Source: Eledone cirrhosa
Taxonomy: Eukaryota
Reading direction: 5' to 3'
Length of the DNA: 64,000 bases
Assembly (NCBI GenBank): GCA_964016885.1
Contig: OZ024743.1
Location: 4,526,001-4,590,000, forward strand
In this document: piece after piece, positions 32,691 to 48,649 of the stretch
How the letters are laid out: every line of letters begins with the position of its first letter
Position numbering within the stretch: the stretch's first letter is position 1
Made by a program: the position numbers and the translations under genes
The notes under the pieces: model-generated
What the model was told of the DNA's origin: nothing
Database searches by the model: none
The model's input: only the letters and a program-made list of their open reading frames with translations

Positions 32691-32739
<49 letters not shown>

Positions 32740-32741
<2 letters not shown>

Positions 32742-33640
32742 GATTAGTACCGGATTAGAAATAGTAAATTTAAGTGCTGGATTAAAAACGCTAATCAGTA
32801 CCTGATTTAAAATAATAATGGCCATTGCCGGATTAAAATTAATAAGGATCACTACCGGATTAAAAATTGTAAACACCAATGCCGGACTAAAATTAATAAG
32901 GATCAATGCCGGATTAAAATCACTTTTTGTTTGTGCCGGATTAAAAATAATAAGGATTAGTGCCAGATTAAAAATGATAGGGGTTAGTGCCGGAAGAAAA
33001 TTACTACGGATTAGTGCCGCATTAAGAAGTGTCAGTGCCGGATTTAAAATATATTGACCGGTGCTGCATTAAAAGTAATAAGGGTTATTAAAATTAATAA
33101 GTATATGAGCTGGATTAAAAATAATGAGGGTCACTGCCGAATTGAAAATAATAAGACTCAGTGCCGGATTAAAAACACTATGGATTAGTGCCAGATTAAG
33201 AAGTGTCAGTGCCGGATTAAAAACACAAATGATTGGTGCCGGATTTAAAATAGTAAGTGTAAGTATCGGATTACAAACACTAATGATCAGTGCCGGATTA
33301 AAAATAAGTGTCCGTTCCGGATAAATGCCGGATTAGAAATAATAAGTTTGAGTGCTGGATTAAAAGCACAAATAATCGGTGGCGGGTTAAAAATAATAAT
33401 GGTCAGTGCCCGATTAAAAATAATATTTCAGTTCCGGATTAGTGCCGGATTAAATAATAATGCCGGATTTAAAATAATAAAGGTTAATGCCTAATTAAAA
33501 TTAATAAGGATATTTGCCTGATTTAAATAATGAGGATCACAGCTGGATTAAAAATAAGGGTCAGTGTCGGATTAAAAATAAGAAGAATCAGTGCCGGATT
33601 AAAAACACTATGGATTAGTGACGGATTAAGAAGTGTCAGA
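32740..33640. repeat. Degenerate 27-bp minisatellite (core AGTGCCGGATTAAAA)
   Basis: The CCGGA core recurs at 27-bp spacing (32827, 32854, 32881, 32908, 32935...), with some shorter units. Confidence 0.9.
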
Positions 33641-34247
33641 TTAATATGTCATACAAGTATTTCGTTTATTGCTATTTGTGAATCAGATTTTACCTCAATA
33701 AAACCAGCACGTGAAATAAAAGAGCTTTACAAAAGTGAGGTTCAAGCAAGAATTTTAAAGTCACACTTATCTTTATGACACATCTTATTTTTTACCTCTC
33801 TTCTTTTTATTGATATTTCTTCATTTATTCTCACTTTTCTTTTATGGTTTAGGTATATATTTTTCATAGATCTTTGTATTTTAAATTCTCTTTAGTTTTT
33901 CTTGGTTAAATTTATATTTCATTATATATTGTCTTACAATAAAGTACCAGTAATGCACTGAGTAATTGCTGGCCTAGTGCCATAAGTAGAAACAATTATG
34001 TTGTCTTACAACAGCTTTTGAGATCTACTGTACTGATAAACAAGAAGAAATTCATTTTTACGTTTACCTTTTGTGCATTAAAAGAAACAACAGAACTGGT
34101 TTATTTTCTAAAACCATTCTTCTTGTAAGAGTTGAAATAATAAAAGAAAGTTGCCTGATGATTCTCCCTGTATCCCTGTGACAAGAGACCATTAGCAACT
34201 ACAATAATAATTTATATATATATATATGTGTGTGTATGTGTGTGTGT

Positions 34248-34312
<65 letters not shown>

Positions 34313-35144
34313 CGCGTGCGTGTGTGTGTGTGTGCGCGTGTGCGTGTGTGTGTGCGCGTGTGTGTGTGTGTGTGTGTGCGCGTGCGCGTGTGTGTGTGTG
34401 TGTGCGTGAATGTATGTATATATGTATGTGTATGCGTGTGTGTGCGCACGTATGCTAACCCTTTGTACGAACCTGAGATATCACTGATATAATATTCAAG
34501 CCAGCCAGTTGACTTAAGAACGTAACAGAAACGAGAAACTTGCAGTAATTGTGCTGTATGTGTATATATAATGCACATATATATATATATATATGTGTGC
34601 GTGTGCTGTGTGTGTATATATAATGCACATATATATATATATATGTGTGCGTGTGCTGTGTGTGTATATATAATGCACATACAGCTACTTGAATCCTATC
34701 AAAGTTGATCTGAAGTTATCAGTTAATAGATTTTTGAAGATCAAAATCTAATCTGTATTATAAGAATGAGAGGAAAAACGACAATCTGTAAAAATGAAAT
34801 TGAACAAGCAAAGATAACCTTTGACATACGCACAAGCAAGCACACATTGAAATAATCTTATAACCTGTAATATAAATTTGGAAGATTTTTGTTGTTATAT
34901 TTTTTCAAATGACGCTGGCGTCAGAAGTACCATAAATTTCATATATATGACCATTTGGGATATTCGGAAAATATTGCTTTAATCTAATATAAATGTGGTG
35001 ATTTGAAGTCACTGTTCAATAGTGTTAAATGAGTTTGGCGAATCTAGAAACGTTAATATGAAGAATCCCTCTCCCCTTCTCCCATTCTGTGTATATATTA
35101 TATATATAAAGTATTATGAGTTCATGCAATTGACTTATGTTTCG

Positions 35145-35190
<46 letters not shown>

Positions 35191-35689
35191 TGTGTGGTAT
35201 ATATTGTGCATATTCATAAAATTTTTATATGAATTTTGTTTAGCTAGTTATATACCTAGTTTGATCAGTTTGGTAGTTTATTGATCTCCCAATCTAGTTT
35301 TCAGGAAGCATATTCTGCGGCGGCAACTCCACATTTCAAAATGCCACCCATGTTACATTAGCTTTACATTCTTCTACTTTACATAAATACCCTTAACATA
35401 GTGGTCAAAGGGCGATGCAATGGGAAGCAGTAGAGCAGCATTTACCTTCGCTTTTCTAAGCTTGATTTCCAGTATCGCTACCACTGACATTGTATTTCAT
35501 CGCTTTTAGTGTTAATGAAATCAGCTTGAGAAGTGTAACGGTGATATCAACTCAACTGTCTATAAGTATTCCTCCCGAGATTTTGTTTAATTAGCTTCTT
35601 TGACTAATTTAAGAAACTTGTATTTATTTAATAAATACTAGCTAATCTCGTGAAAAGACTACGGATTAATTAACAAGAGAACACTAGCT

Positions 35690-36070
35690 CAGGTAAGTAT
35701 CCCCTCAGTTCAATGTCGGTTGGATTATCCAGAATTGATAGAAAGAGATCAGGGTATGAGGCAGATGTCTTATCTGGGACTCCACGGTTAGTGATTCTTT
35801 TGTTCCCTCCTACATGATGGATGCCGCGGTAAATGTGAGTGTCACCGCTTCCATAGCCGAACGGAATAAAATCCTAAAATACCACGAACTATCAAGTAAT
35901 TATTTTTTCCAGCCTGTGGCATTCGGGTCATTTGGTGGAACTGGGACTCACCTTACCAAGGTGTCAAGTGATTCCCGAGGAGGTGTCTGGTTGTTTCAGC
36001 GCCTTAGCCACGCCATCACCAGCGGTAATGCTTCCAGCGTGTTGGCTTACCTCAAAGATTTGCGTTGATC
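35690..36070 (+). pseudogene. CRE-clade-like non-LTR element, C-terminal restriction-like endonuclease remnant
   Basis: GLSRIDRKR, CLIWDSTVSD, AERNKILKY...FQPVAFGSFG...LFQRLSHAITSGNA resemble the CRE-type RLE tail (RPD..D, KY, QRISIA.QRGNA). Confidence 0.7.
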
Positions 36071-36556
36071 CATGTGGTGTGTGACCGATTGAAGCACATG
36101 GTGGTGAATTGATGGTCTTTGTCGTTTTTGCTATTTTTCTCTCGCTTTCATCATATATTTATATGCATTATATTTATAAGACTCCGAGCAATAATTAATT
36201 ATATTTATTATATGCTTATATTTTCCTTTTCTAAGAAGTATTCATTAAGTATTGCATATATTTTTTGTGTTTATATTTCCATTCATAGAAAAATAATAAT
36301 GTTGATATTTTTTTTGTGATTATAAAAAAAGTATAATTGAGTGGAAAATAAGTTATACAGTACTCATTTACATATGTTCAAAACGACAAAACAAATTGAA
36401 TAAATTAACAAGTGACTGAAACTACCAAAATGGCATAATTTGCTCGTTTATAACTTGAGGATAAAGATATACGTACAGCGCAGGTTAAAAAAAAACATTT
36501 CAGCATCCTTAACACCCCCGCCCTCTCTCTCTTCCCTCTCTTCTCTCTCTCTCTAA

Positions 36557-36587
<31 letters not shown>

Positions 36588-36700
36588 CTTTCCTTTCATT
36601 TCTAAATACACTTTATTACTAACCACACAGCACTGTGTTTCTTCTAAATTTATATATATATATATATATATATATAATGTATAAAAATCAATACAATATA

Positions 36701-36778
36701 ATTACCTCATTACCAGAGGTTTCCCGAATGAGGCGAATACGAAAGAAACGTCTTCATTCGTTCGTCAGACGAGGCAAT
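36701..36778 (-). ncRNA. Type I hammerhead ribozyme, intact core
   Basis: AUUGCCUCGU-CUGACGA-ACGAAUGA...UCAUUCGG-GAAA-CCUCUGG-UA-AUGAGGUAAU: 10-bp helix I with two G-U pairs. Confidence 0.8.
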
Positions 36779-37333
36779 ATAAAACATGGGTAAATACTTA
36801 GAAAAACTCAAGAAAATCAAAAAAAAAAAAATAAAAATATATATATATATATAGACAAATGAATTAGAAATTGAAATATATAAAAATCTATCAAGAAATA
36901 TAGATAGGTGTGTGTATATGTATGTATATACGCTCACAGATGTGCATATATGTGTATGCACATATGTATACGTATACACTCCCTTACCTCTTTTACTTCC
37001 GCATCTAAGTGTACGTGTGTGTAGGTGTGTTTATGCGCGCGCCTTCATATTCATATACTTATGATGTAACTATTCTGTCTGAAGATTACAGACATGCAGA
37101 TACATTTGCCCTAAATTTTAGATTTACACACACTTTTTCACTATACGTATACATATGTGCATACACATATATGCACATCTGTGAGCGTATATACATACAT
37201 ATACACACACCTAACTATATTTCTTGATAGATTTTTATATATTTCAATTTCTAATTCATTTGTCTATATCTTTTTTTTTTTTTTTTTTTTTTTGATTTTC
37301 TTGAGTTTTTCTAAGTATTTACCCATGTTTTAT

Positions 37334-37411
37334 ATTGCCTCGTCTGGCGAACGAATGAAGACGTTTCTTTCGTATTCGCCTCATTCGGGAAACCTCTGGT
37401 AATGAGGTAAT
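37334..37411 (+). ncRNA. Inverted copy of the hammerhead with core mutation CUGGCGA
   Basis: Same motif as 36701-36778 on the opposite strand with an A6G change. Confidence 0.65.
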
Positions 37412-37539
37412 TATATTGTATTGATTTTTATACATTAAATTTTGCTCTGATACTTACATAGAGCACTCTTCACTTCTATGACTTTTTCTGTTTCCAACGG
37501 AAATTTCAATACTTATATATATATATATATATATATATT

Positions 37540-38570
37540 GTTATACTTGGGGAGGGTCATATTTGCGTAATATTGCCAGAATTAATAACAGAACACACTC
37601 ACTGTTTGGTTGGTTTTCGCTTCTGTGTCTTTTATATCGGTTAATTTAATTTATTCGGTCCTCAATGTTGCCATTGACTGACCAACGGTCAAAAATACAG
37701 ATTCAATATAGACACAAACACATATATATAGTCTATCAAAGTTCATTCGTTGCACATCTACAACATCGTCAATGGTGCTATTATGTTTCCTCCCGTTGCA
37801 TTGTATTTTCTACGCCATCTTTATTTAGTCTGTTTACATATTTATTTTTTTTTTTTTTGTCTTCTTTGCGCATGCGTTTGCGTGTGTGTATAGTGTTTTG
37901 TTTGATGTGTGTTCGTGATTGGGTGACTGTGTATTGGTTAATGTATTCTATCTTTACTAGTGTGTGTTTATATGTGTTTGTTGTTATTGTGCTTGTGTAT
38001 GTATTTATTTATCTATTTATTTATTTATTTATTTATACTTCTCTTAGGTCAGTGTTGTTTGTTTGGGTGTTGTTGTTATTCCATTCATTTTTTCTGTTTA
38101 GCCTTGGCCTTCTAAGTTCTATTTCGCTGGCCTCTCTGATTTGCCTATCTGCTGGGTCATTTCTATGTTTAGATATTATTATAATTTCTATGTTGTCTAT
38201 GTTACCGTCGTGTTGTTGTCTGGCATGTTCGTATAGTACTGAACCGTTTTTTCGTCCTTTTAGTTCCCCCCAGTGTTGGTCTATCCTTTCACCTATGCTA
38301 CGAGCTGTCTCGCCTATGTATGTTGTTGTCATGTTTCTCAAGTACCCTCTGTACATCTTATGCTATAGACTACGTTTCTAGTTTTACAGTTTATCCGGGG
38401 GTTTACTTTACATATGATACATTTCCTATTAGTACAGTGGGTTTTCCATAAAAGGGTAGGTTTTGCTGATCAGGGATTTTATGGTGGTTCCTGGCTTTTC
38501 TACCACCTTAATCTTTAAGTGGGTCTTATATATATAAAGGACTGTATCATCTAAACTTTGTATTTCCTTA
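37540..38570 (-). mobile_element. Penelope-like element 3' fragment (GIY-YIG endonuclease)
   Basis: ORF 38033..38356: TYIGETARSIGERIDQH...LYEHARQQH...RQIREASEI...PRLNRKNEW. Upstream IKVVEKPGTTIKSLI. Microsatellites at both ends. Confidence 0.85.
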
Positions 38571-38571
38571 T

Positions 38572-38629
<58 letters not shown>

Positions 38630-40381
38630 ATGCTTACACACATACACATACTAACCATCCTCATTCCTTAAAGATGTGAAATTTAAAAAAATACGAAATT
38701 TCGGCATTGCTACTTCGACCACTACCGCTGCCGCCCACGTTCTCTTTCTCTCTCTCTATCACACACATACTCCTACCGTCCCCTTTCAACGATCTTTTTA
38801 TGTCACTGATACAACTTTAATATAATAGAACCTCTCTGATAAATATTGATTTATTCTGCAAATTTAAACTTGTGAATCATACACAACAGAAATCCAGTAA
38901 AGTATATCGATTTAATAGGAAGTCTTTGTGCTTATAGTACTCGTCAATCTCTTCAAGTCAATAATTTGTAAACCAGCTTAAACACAATTGTGTGTGAAGT
39001 GTGTGTGTGAGTGCACATGTGTGCGTGTGTGGGAGGAAGACCCTTGTGTGTGCGTGGGGGGGGGGGGGGGTAAATATGTCCTCGGAATAATGAATTTAAT
39101 CGTTCCTGAAAATAAAAGGTTCACGATTTTACTCTGACTAATCAGAAAACGTATTGTTGGTAGTGATTCTATCAACATCAGAAGACACCAGCCAAAAGTA
39201 AGCCTCTAAGCTTGACCTATGAGGAATAGTAATCAATCTCCCTCATATAGCCCCCACACCTTCTCATAAAAGGACAGATTGGCTGATGTTAATCTTAGAC
39301 ACAAGAGAGAAAATTGGTATAGCCATGATTATAATGCCTGCGGAAGGCTAGATAACAACCACAATAAAGTGAAAGAGATGAACAGCAAAGCCTTGAAGTA
39401 TTTGAAATTAGAAATGGACTTAAACAAATATCGTGATACATTTTCTCCTCGTTCCGTACTCTTTTATCTAGATATTACAAATACCATTACTGTAGTCACT
39501 TTCGAGACTTTCATGGGTTGTATTGAACACATTTACTAGAGTGCTGAACAAAAGAATATTTCGTATATCTTAAGTGAAAAGGATAAGCAAGTCTTAACAG
39601 TATTGCTATTTATGTTTTTGTTATGGGGATATACCGATAATTCATTTTGTGCGGTATGATTCTCCAAGATATCATTGACAACTAACTACGGTTTGGATGA
39701 CCAACTACGGTGTAGTGAGTGTCAGATGCAAATATTTCTTACTAAAAAGCATCAAATTAACAGCAAATCTATGTGTCCATGGCACACATCGGACTCTTCC
39801 TGTCCAGCAATTTCTAATCGGATTCCATAATCTTTAAATCTTTAAACTATTTCGGGCATAATAGTGTGTGTATGTGAGAGTGGAAAGGAAAAATCCAAAT
39901 AATAAAATGTATTTCTGTTTTTATTTAGACTAAAATATTGAATTTTTACTTCATCACAAATTCATAAATTTATCATGAACACATAAATTCGATCGAATTG
40001 AATCTCAGTAGTATCGGTCTTGGGGGAAAGTGAAACTTACTATATATAGATATGAAACTAAATACTACAAATCGTTTAATTCTGACTTTATTCCTTCTGT
40101 CTTTCCATCCTTCTCACATACATGTTGTTGTGCTTCAAAGTAGGGATAATTTGAAAATGATGTAAACGTATTCACTTATTTTACCAGTCCCTATCATGTT
40201 TAACTTAACTGAATCCCATATTAGGTACTAGGGTGGTGAATTGGCAGAGAAATTAGAACGCTCGGTATAATGCTTTGTTTTGCTAGTTCTAGTTATTTGC
40301 TCTCTAAGTTCAATTACAATACAACTTCAAAAATTAAAGTACCATTCAAGTTCTAAGGTTGATTCTTCTCCCTCTGTCACT

Positions 40382-40412
<31 letters not shown>

Positions 40413-41082
40413 CTCCCCCTCTCTCTCCCCTCTCTCTCTCCCCTATCTCTCCCCCCCCCTCTCTCTATCTCTCTCTCTCTCTCTTTCTCTACGTTGCTCG
40501 GTGAGAGATTTTTCTCAGCGTCCCTCTTCTCATAGCAACCTCTTCTCAGATAAAAACTGATACGCTACTGAAACTGGTCAAGGACGACCTAGTGTGCAGT
40601 ACAGCATGGAATGGAAATCAAGATAAAGCAAAAAAAAGTAAAGTCACCTATGTACAATTAGAGAAAATAAGAAGATTAACCAGTATATGCAAGAATGCCA
40701 GTGAAAGAAACAACACAATAGCATAAGAAGTAGACAGGTGTATTTTTTTTTATCACAGATACTTGAAACATCAGTTTGCAATATAACAATTCTCTGTGTG
40801 TTTGCGTGTGTTGCGTGTATCCTAGGGCAAAGAACTCAATGGCCTGAAAACTTTTGCCAGCAATGGCGTGATGTAGTTAACGTGTTTTCATCTGCATAAT
40901 GCTTTAAATACTGTATGTAGCTAAATAAAATGATCATCTACGTTATTATGTCCATGGAAAGGACTTATGTATAAGCACCGCTTCCACGATTGCAATATTT
41001 TCTTTAAAATTATTCCGCCAGCATATTCATTCAAACGCTGATAATGATCATGGTCATGAACATCATAACGATGATGGGTGAC

Positions 41083-41270
41083 AATGATGATGATGATGAT
41101 GATGATGACGCCAAACATTAATGAAGATGGTGATGATGATGATGGTGATGGTGGTGGTGGTGGTGGTGGTGGTGGTGGTGGTGGTGGGTTGATGATAATG
41201 ATGATGATTATGATGATGATGATGATGATTAGGAGAAGGGTGAGGAAGAAAATGAGGAAGAGGAGGAAAC
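41083..41270. repeat. Compound (GAT)n/(GGT)n/(GAG)n repeat
   Basis: Direct reading. Confidence 0.95.
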
Positions 41271-41618
41271 TATTTAAACAGTCCACCTCATTTCTTCCGT
41301 TTATTAAATAAACTAATGTTTTGCGGTAATATTTCTAATTTTGCATAAACTATCATGTGTAGAAAAGAAGAAGAAAAGAGTAATGTATTTATATTTATCC
41401 TGTCAAGTATAGTAATAAAAACGTTTTACTGAAGGGCAAATGTTTAAAGCAGTTTGTGCACATGCATAAATAATAAATGAATCTCGCGTGTGTGTCAGCA
41501 ACTAAAATCTCTTGTATCTGTCAGTCTATACAAATAGAGCTAAATGTGGCCTTTGTAGATTAGTTCATAGAAGTCCTATTCAGAAGAAAGAAAGGAAGAT
41601 AGATAGATAGATAGATAG

Positions 41619-41634
41619 ATTTCTTTATTTGCCA
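41619..41634 (-). mobile_element. ~16-nt 3'-terminal stub of the Tx1-like LINE inside a GATA tract
   Basis: Minus strand reads (TATC)n-TGGCAAATAAAGAAAT-(CTAT)n, matching the terminus TGGCAAATAAAAGAAAT of the copy ending at 29072. Confidence 0.75.
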
Positions 41635-41662
41635 GATAGATAGATAGATAGATAGATATGTT

Positions 41663-41753
<91 letters not shown>

Positions 41754-42799
41754 TTGAAGACAGATAAAAATAGCCTATTAGTAATCAATAATAATCGTGG
41801 GACATCGATTTTATTTTTAATAATTCTCGTTCGGCCTCTAGTGGTCCTTCATAGACTCAGTCAGCAATTTCCGTTAGAGATTGTTGTTAAAGCAGCACAG
41901 ATTTGCAATTTAGATCGATATGACTATCAATTTGCTTGTAGCCTGAATTTAATCTCTAATAACAAAGCAGACTCGACGTTCAATGTTGGTCTTTGTGGTT
42001 TATTCCCAAACGCGAATGTTTTCTCGAACAATCGCTTTTTCATTATATCACCAAACTGCTACAGTCATCATATTACGGGAATGGGATCAATTGCTTGTAT
42101 GTGATATATTATATATATATGTGTGTGTGTGTTGTATTTGTTTACTCTTCTACTGGTGCCAACCAGATGTCTGTAGTCATTCTAAGCACCGTTTTCTTGT
42201 GCTTTCGTTGGTGATGCTCTCATCTGTGTTTGCTGTTGTGATATCCCGGGATAGAAGTATTAACAAAACTGAATCAACGTACCATACTTTAATCTTCACA
42301 CCTTCAAATTTGTAGAGAACATTCTCTCATGAATATTACTGCATGATTGCAGGCAAATTATATTGTTTGCACCCCACAAACCTAGGTATTTATGAAACAA
42401 ATAGCGCTTCACCCAAACTTAGACAGGAATACAGTAGATATGTTTCAAACTAACTTCTACATTATTCTCTTATATTAGAACTAACTATGTACGAGCCAAA
42501 CGAAACATATCTGAGCATCACACAAAAAGAATTCCAAATATGTTGAACATAAATTCCCAGGCAAATGTGTTTTTAATTAATTTAAAGTTATATAAATATT
42601 ACTAACAGTTTGCTCTGTGTAAGTCAATGACAAAAACATATTCAATATATGTCAATAAGGTAAGCTATATTCGGTAATTGTATTTTAGGGAGGAAAGTCA
42701 AAGTTCATTCAAATACTCCCCAAACATAAAAATTGAGACGAAGAAGAAAGGTCTGAAATCTGTTGAATAGACGAATAACCAACATAGAAAACACTTTAA

Positions 42800-44030
42800 T
42801 AGTAATTGAAATTGAAAATAATTCCAGGAAACGGAAGGATCAATAAAGGAAACAAGAACTACAGAAATCATAAAACTAACCCTAAAGCATTTTACGGATT
42901 TGCAAAAGAAATAGCTTTAGTGTATTACAAAATTGTTTGAATGAAATCGATCACTTTAATTTAGATTCTCAAAATGCAACTAGAATAATAGATGAAACAT
43001 TCAAGAGTACTTTCACTAGCCCTCCCTTATTCAGGAAAAAAACGTATGAATTCTTCTATCTTGCAGCTTTTCACAGAGTAAAGATATCAGTTACATCAAT
43101 ATAAAACTGCAGAATGTATAACTAACTTAAATTTAGTAACATACAGCGGTAGTTTCGCAACATTCTCCCGAAAAGCTGTAAAACCTCTAGGTAACATTCT
43201 AAAATTTCTTTAGAAGTAGTAAGCTACAAAACATCTTGAAAAGAGCAAATTAAGTGTTTTGCATTTGAGAGGAAGCAGAGCAGATGCTAACAATTATAAG
43301 GCTAACCTTCTGATCTCACACGTCAGCAAGGTTATGTAACAAATTATTACAGAGATGCTGCTTACGTTCTTAGGAGAGAACGACTTCTTAATAGTAAGTT
43401 GGTTATAGGATAATGTACCTCGAGCTAACTGATGTCGGCATAGTTAGGAAAATTGAAATCTAGTAATGACTGAAATTATGTTGAAACCTGTAGAAAGTCG
43501 CTTGATCTGCTAGAAATAGTAGCCAAATCCAAATCAAATCATTATTACACCATATTAAAAAAAGGAGATACACATTAAAAAAATGTAACATGTATTAGAT
43601 AAAGAGAAAATTATGTTGTTTTTGATCATATGTCTATTCAATCAGAGCTGGCCTATTGTTAAACAATAACAAGGAAAACAGCAACAACAAAATGATTATT
43701 GAGAGAATGGTTATATGATTATTAAAAGAAGGAAATCAAGTTGTTGCAGCCAAGTTTTACTATTTCAAAAATGCCAAGTGGTTATAGTGAAGTGTTTCCA
43801 TGAATTAAGTCGGTATGTTACTTATTACTTTTAACAAGCTCTCCTGGCATATTATCAGTTATTCACTCTCACATGTTATGCTGATAATAGAAACATTTAA
43901 AAAGCAATAAAGAGTCCTGATTATGTCAAAACTTACAGAAGAAGTGTAATAACAAATAATTCTATGCTCAAAAGTTCAAACACTTAACTATCAGCTTTCT
44001 TATACATTGCAAACAATAACAAAAGATACA
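42800..44030 (+). pseudogene. Highly decayed CR1/L2-like LINE RT
   Basis: Scattered motifs: KTNPKAFYGFAK (~42873), ANNYK...SHVSKVM (~43290), YADN (~43877). No long ORF. Confidence 0.55.
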
Positions 44031-44938
44031 CTGTAATTTATATGTGGAGAGATACACTGTAAAGGCGATGAATTGAAAGAGTTGTTAGAGCGTCGGTTAG
44101 AATGCTTTAAGATATTTGTTCCGGCCTTATAGGTTCTCAGTTCCAATCCCACCAGGTCAACTTTGCATTTCAGCATTTCAATGTCGATAAAAAAAGTGTC
44201 TAGTATTGGCGTCGATTCTTCTTCTAAATCTCGTTCTCACTTCCTCTTTATCATTTTGTTTGAAAGAAATCAACTGTTTAGACACGGAGAGGAGATGGGC
44301 TCCGCCATGTTTTAAAAGGATGCCTGATAAACGTCATGAATCACTACGACACCGTACAAGTCACGGGTTAAAGAAGAAGATTTGGATAATTCTGGAATGG
44401 CCGGTACGTAACTTTGGCATGGAAAGATACACAAACTTCCAAACAGAGCAGCACTACATAGTATCGAAAAGTCTATTCCTTTTGCCATGAATTATGACCT
44501 TGTATTGCAATATTCTTAGTTCACATTATGTCAACCTTTCAATGTTCTCACATGATACTTACTGTTGATATCAACAATAAGATGGGTCCGTGTGGTTGAT
44601 GCCCGTGACAATGAGCAAATGAGGAACACATTTTTCATTGATAGAAAGCTGATCACGCAAGAGGTAGTTAAATGGGCACTAACAAACCTAATCATTAATT
44701 GTTTCTACGTTAGGCACAAGGCCAGCAATTACCCAGTGCATTACTGGTACTTTATTTTATCGACATCATTAATTCCGCAGCACTACTAATGCTTTTAGCA
44801 GTGAAATACAATGTCCGTGACACCTACTTAAAGCCAAACAGACTTAAACGTTGACAGTTAAGTGTCTTGATCATGAACACAATTCTGCGCCAATGTGAGA
44901 TTACAATTCAAATTACACTAGATCTATTATTATTTATT

Positions 44939-45611
44939 GGTGAAATGGTATTGCTTGGCAGTAACGCTAGAGCGTTGGACGAAATGCTTTGCGGTACATA
45001 ATTACGACATTTTATGTTCTGAGTTCAAATTCCACCGGGGTTACCTTTGCCTTTCATCCTTACGGGGTTGATGAAATAAAGCAACGGTAACGCTTTTGGA
45101 TCAATTTAATCGACTTTTCCCTCCCCCAAATTGCTGACTTTGTGCCTAAAGTAGAAGTTATTAAACAGTGGTGAAAGGTGGTATTTGGCAGTATCGGTAG
45201 AGCATCTGACAACATGCTTTGTGGTATAGAGTTACGTCCCTTTGTGTTCTGAGTTCAAATTCCACCGAGGTTAGCTTTACTTTTCATCCTTACGGGGTCG
45301 ATAAAATAAAGCACAATAACGCATTTGGGTCGATTTAATGGATATTCTCCTCTCAAAAACATTTGACTTTATGCGTAAATCAGAAAACATAATTACACAG
45401 TGGTAGGGTGGTGGGTTAACTGTTTTGGTAGAGCGTCGGACAATATGTTTTGCGGCATTTACATCCTGAGTTCAAATCCCATCGAGGTAAGCTTTGCCTT
45501 TCATTCTTACGGGGTCGGTAAAATATAGTACCGGTAATGCACTGGAGTCAATTTAATCGACTTTCTCCTTCCCTGCAAATTCCTGGCCTTGTGTCAAAAA
45601 TAGAAACAATT
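44939..45611 (+). mobile_element. Three tandem diverged copies of the tRNA-derived SINE (~235-bp period)
   Basis: GAGTTCAAAT B box, CCTTACGGGGT core and AGAA 3' end recur three times. Further partial copies at ~33938-34000, ~40230-40330, ~44065-44215 and ~44700-44763 (minus). Confidence 0.88.
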
Positions 45612-46544
45612 AAATCCCAGTGGTGGTAACTGAATGCGTAACAGTCTCGAATCACTCAGCTATGAGTGACATTCATACAAGATGGTCTCTTGAAAATAAA
45701 ATAATTTAACTATGATATATATAGATATGAGAATTATCAGCCTAAATTTCTCAGTTATTAGCAATATCCCCTATTTTATGTTATTTTTACTCGGGGCCTA
45801 TAAACAGGGGTTTGTTGATTTTATGTGAATTTAGTATCGCTACAATAATTAATTTGGCATTCTTCCACTGAAGTTAGAATCCAGCTTACCGAGATATTAC
45901 TGCTTCAGTTAACATCTAAATATATTGCAGGATTTTTAAATTGATTTACTTGAAATATATCAGTGGTGAGTACTTATCATCAGAAAAAAGGTGTTTTGAC
46001 TATGTCTTACTAAATAACAAATGTGAATTTATTGTAAGTATGGTTTTAATAGGAGAGGAGCAACGTAGAAACGCTATTTCTTTTACTGGTAGAGCGACTA
46101 ATACAAATATCTGGACGAATTACTAAAATAATATCTGCATGTGTCCGTCATATGTTGACCTTGGCCCAAAAAGATAATTTAACATGAAATTCACTCGTAC
46201 TTCTTTCGGAATGAGGGGTGTTTGTGTGCAGTGTTGATGATGGAGGTGGTGGATGAGGGGTGTCAAGAAACTAAATTATTTCCATATTTTCCATCTATAC
46301 CCCTTTCTATCTATCTATCCTTTCTCTATCTTTCTATATGTGTATATATATATATATATAAATATATATATATAACAAAGAAGGAGCGGTAAGATACCAG
46401 GTGTGCCAAAGCGCACCAGAGTACTCGATACTTAGGGTAGCAGAGTGGGTAATATGAAAAGAGTCAGGACCCCGACGGCTGAGCTTCGGCCGTTTCGACA
46501 GCTATATCCGAACTGTGTGGATCTAACTGTTGAAACGGTCGGAG

Positions 46545-48543
<1,999 letters not shown>

Positions 48544-48649
48544 ATGACAATGGGGAATGTCCACTCGTGTTCAATGTAAACCATCACCACTAAAAAAAAT
48601 CATATTTTCGACAGTGGGTCTTTAAACTCACCAGATCCCTGTATATTTG

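Larger units (their letters stand above)
36675..37513. mobile_element. Large Penelope-type hairpin-plus-tail island (~300-bp arms)
   Basis: Arms ~36675-36974 and ~37143-37437 (mirrored ORFs 36710..36979 minus and 37157..37402 plus), tail to 37513, (TA)n on both sides. Confidence 0.8.

Noticed and set aside
40490-40545. RFX X-box-like half sites (GTTGCT, TAGCAAC) as a promoter
   Set aside because: Half sites only, with no supported downstream gene.
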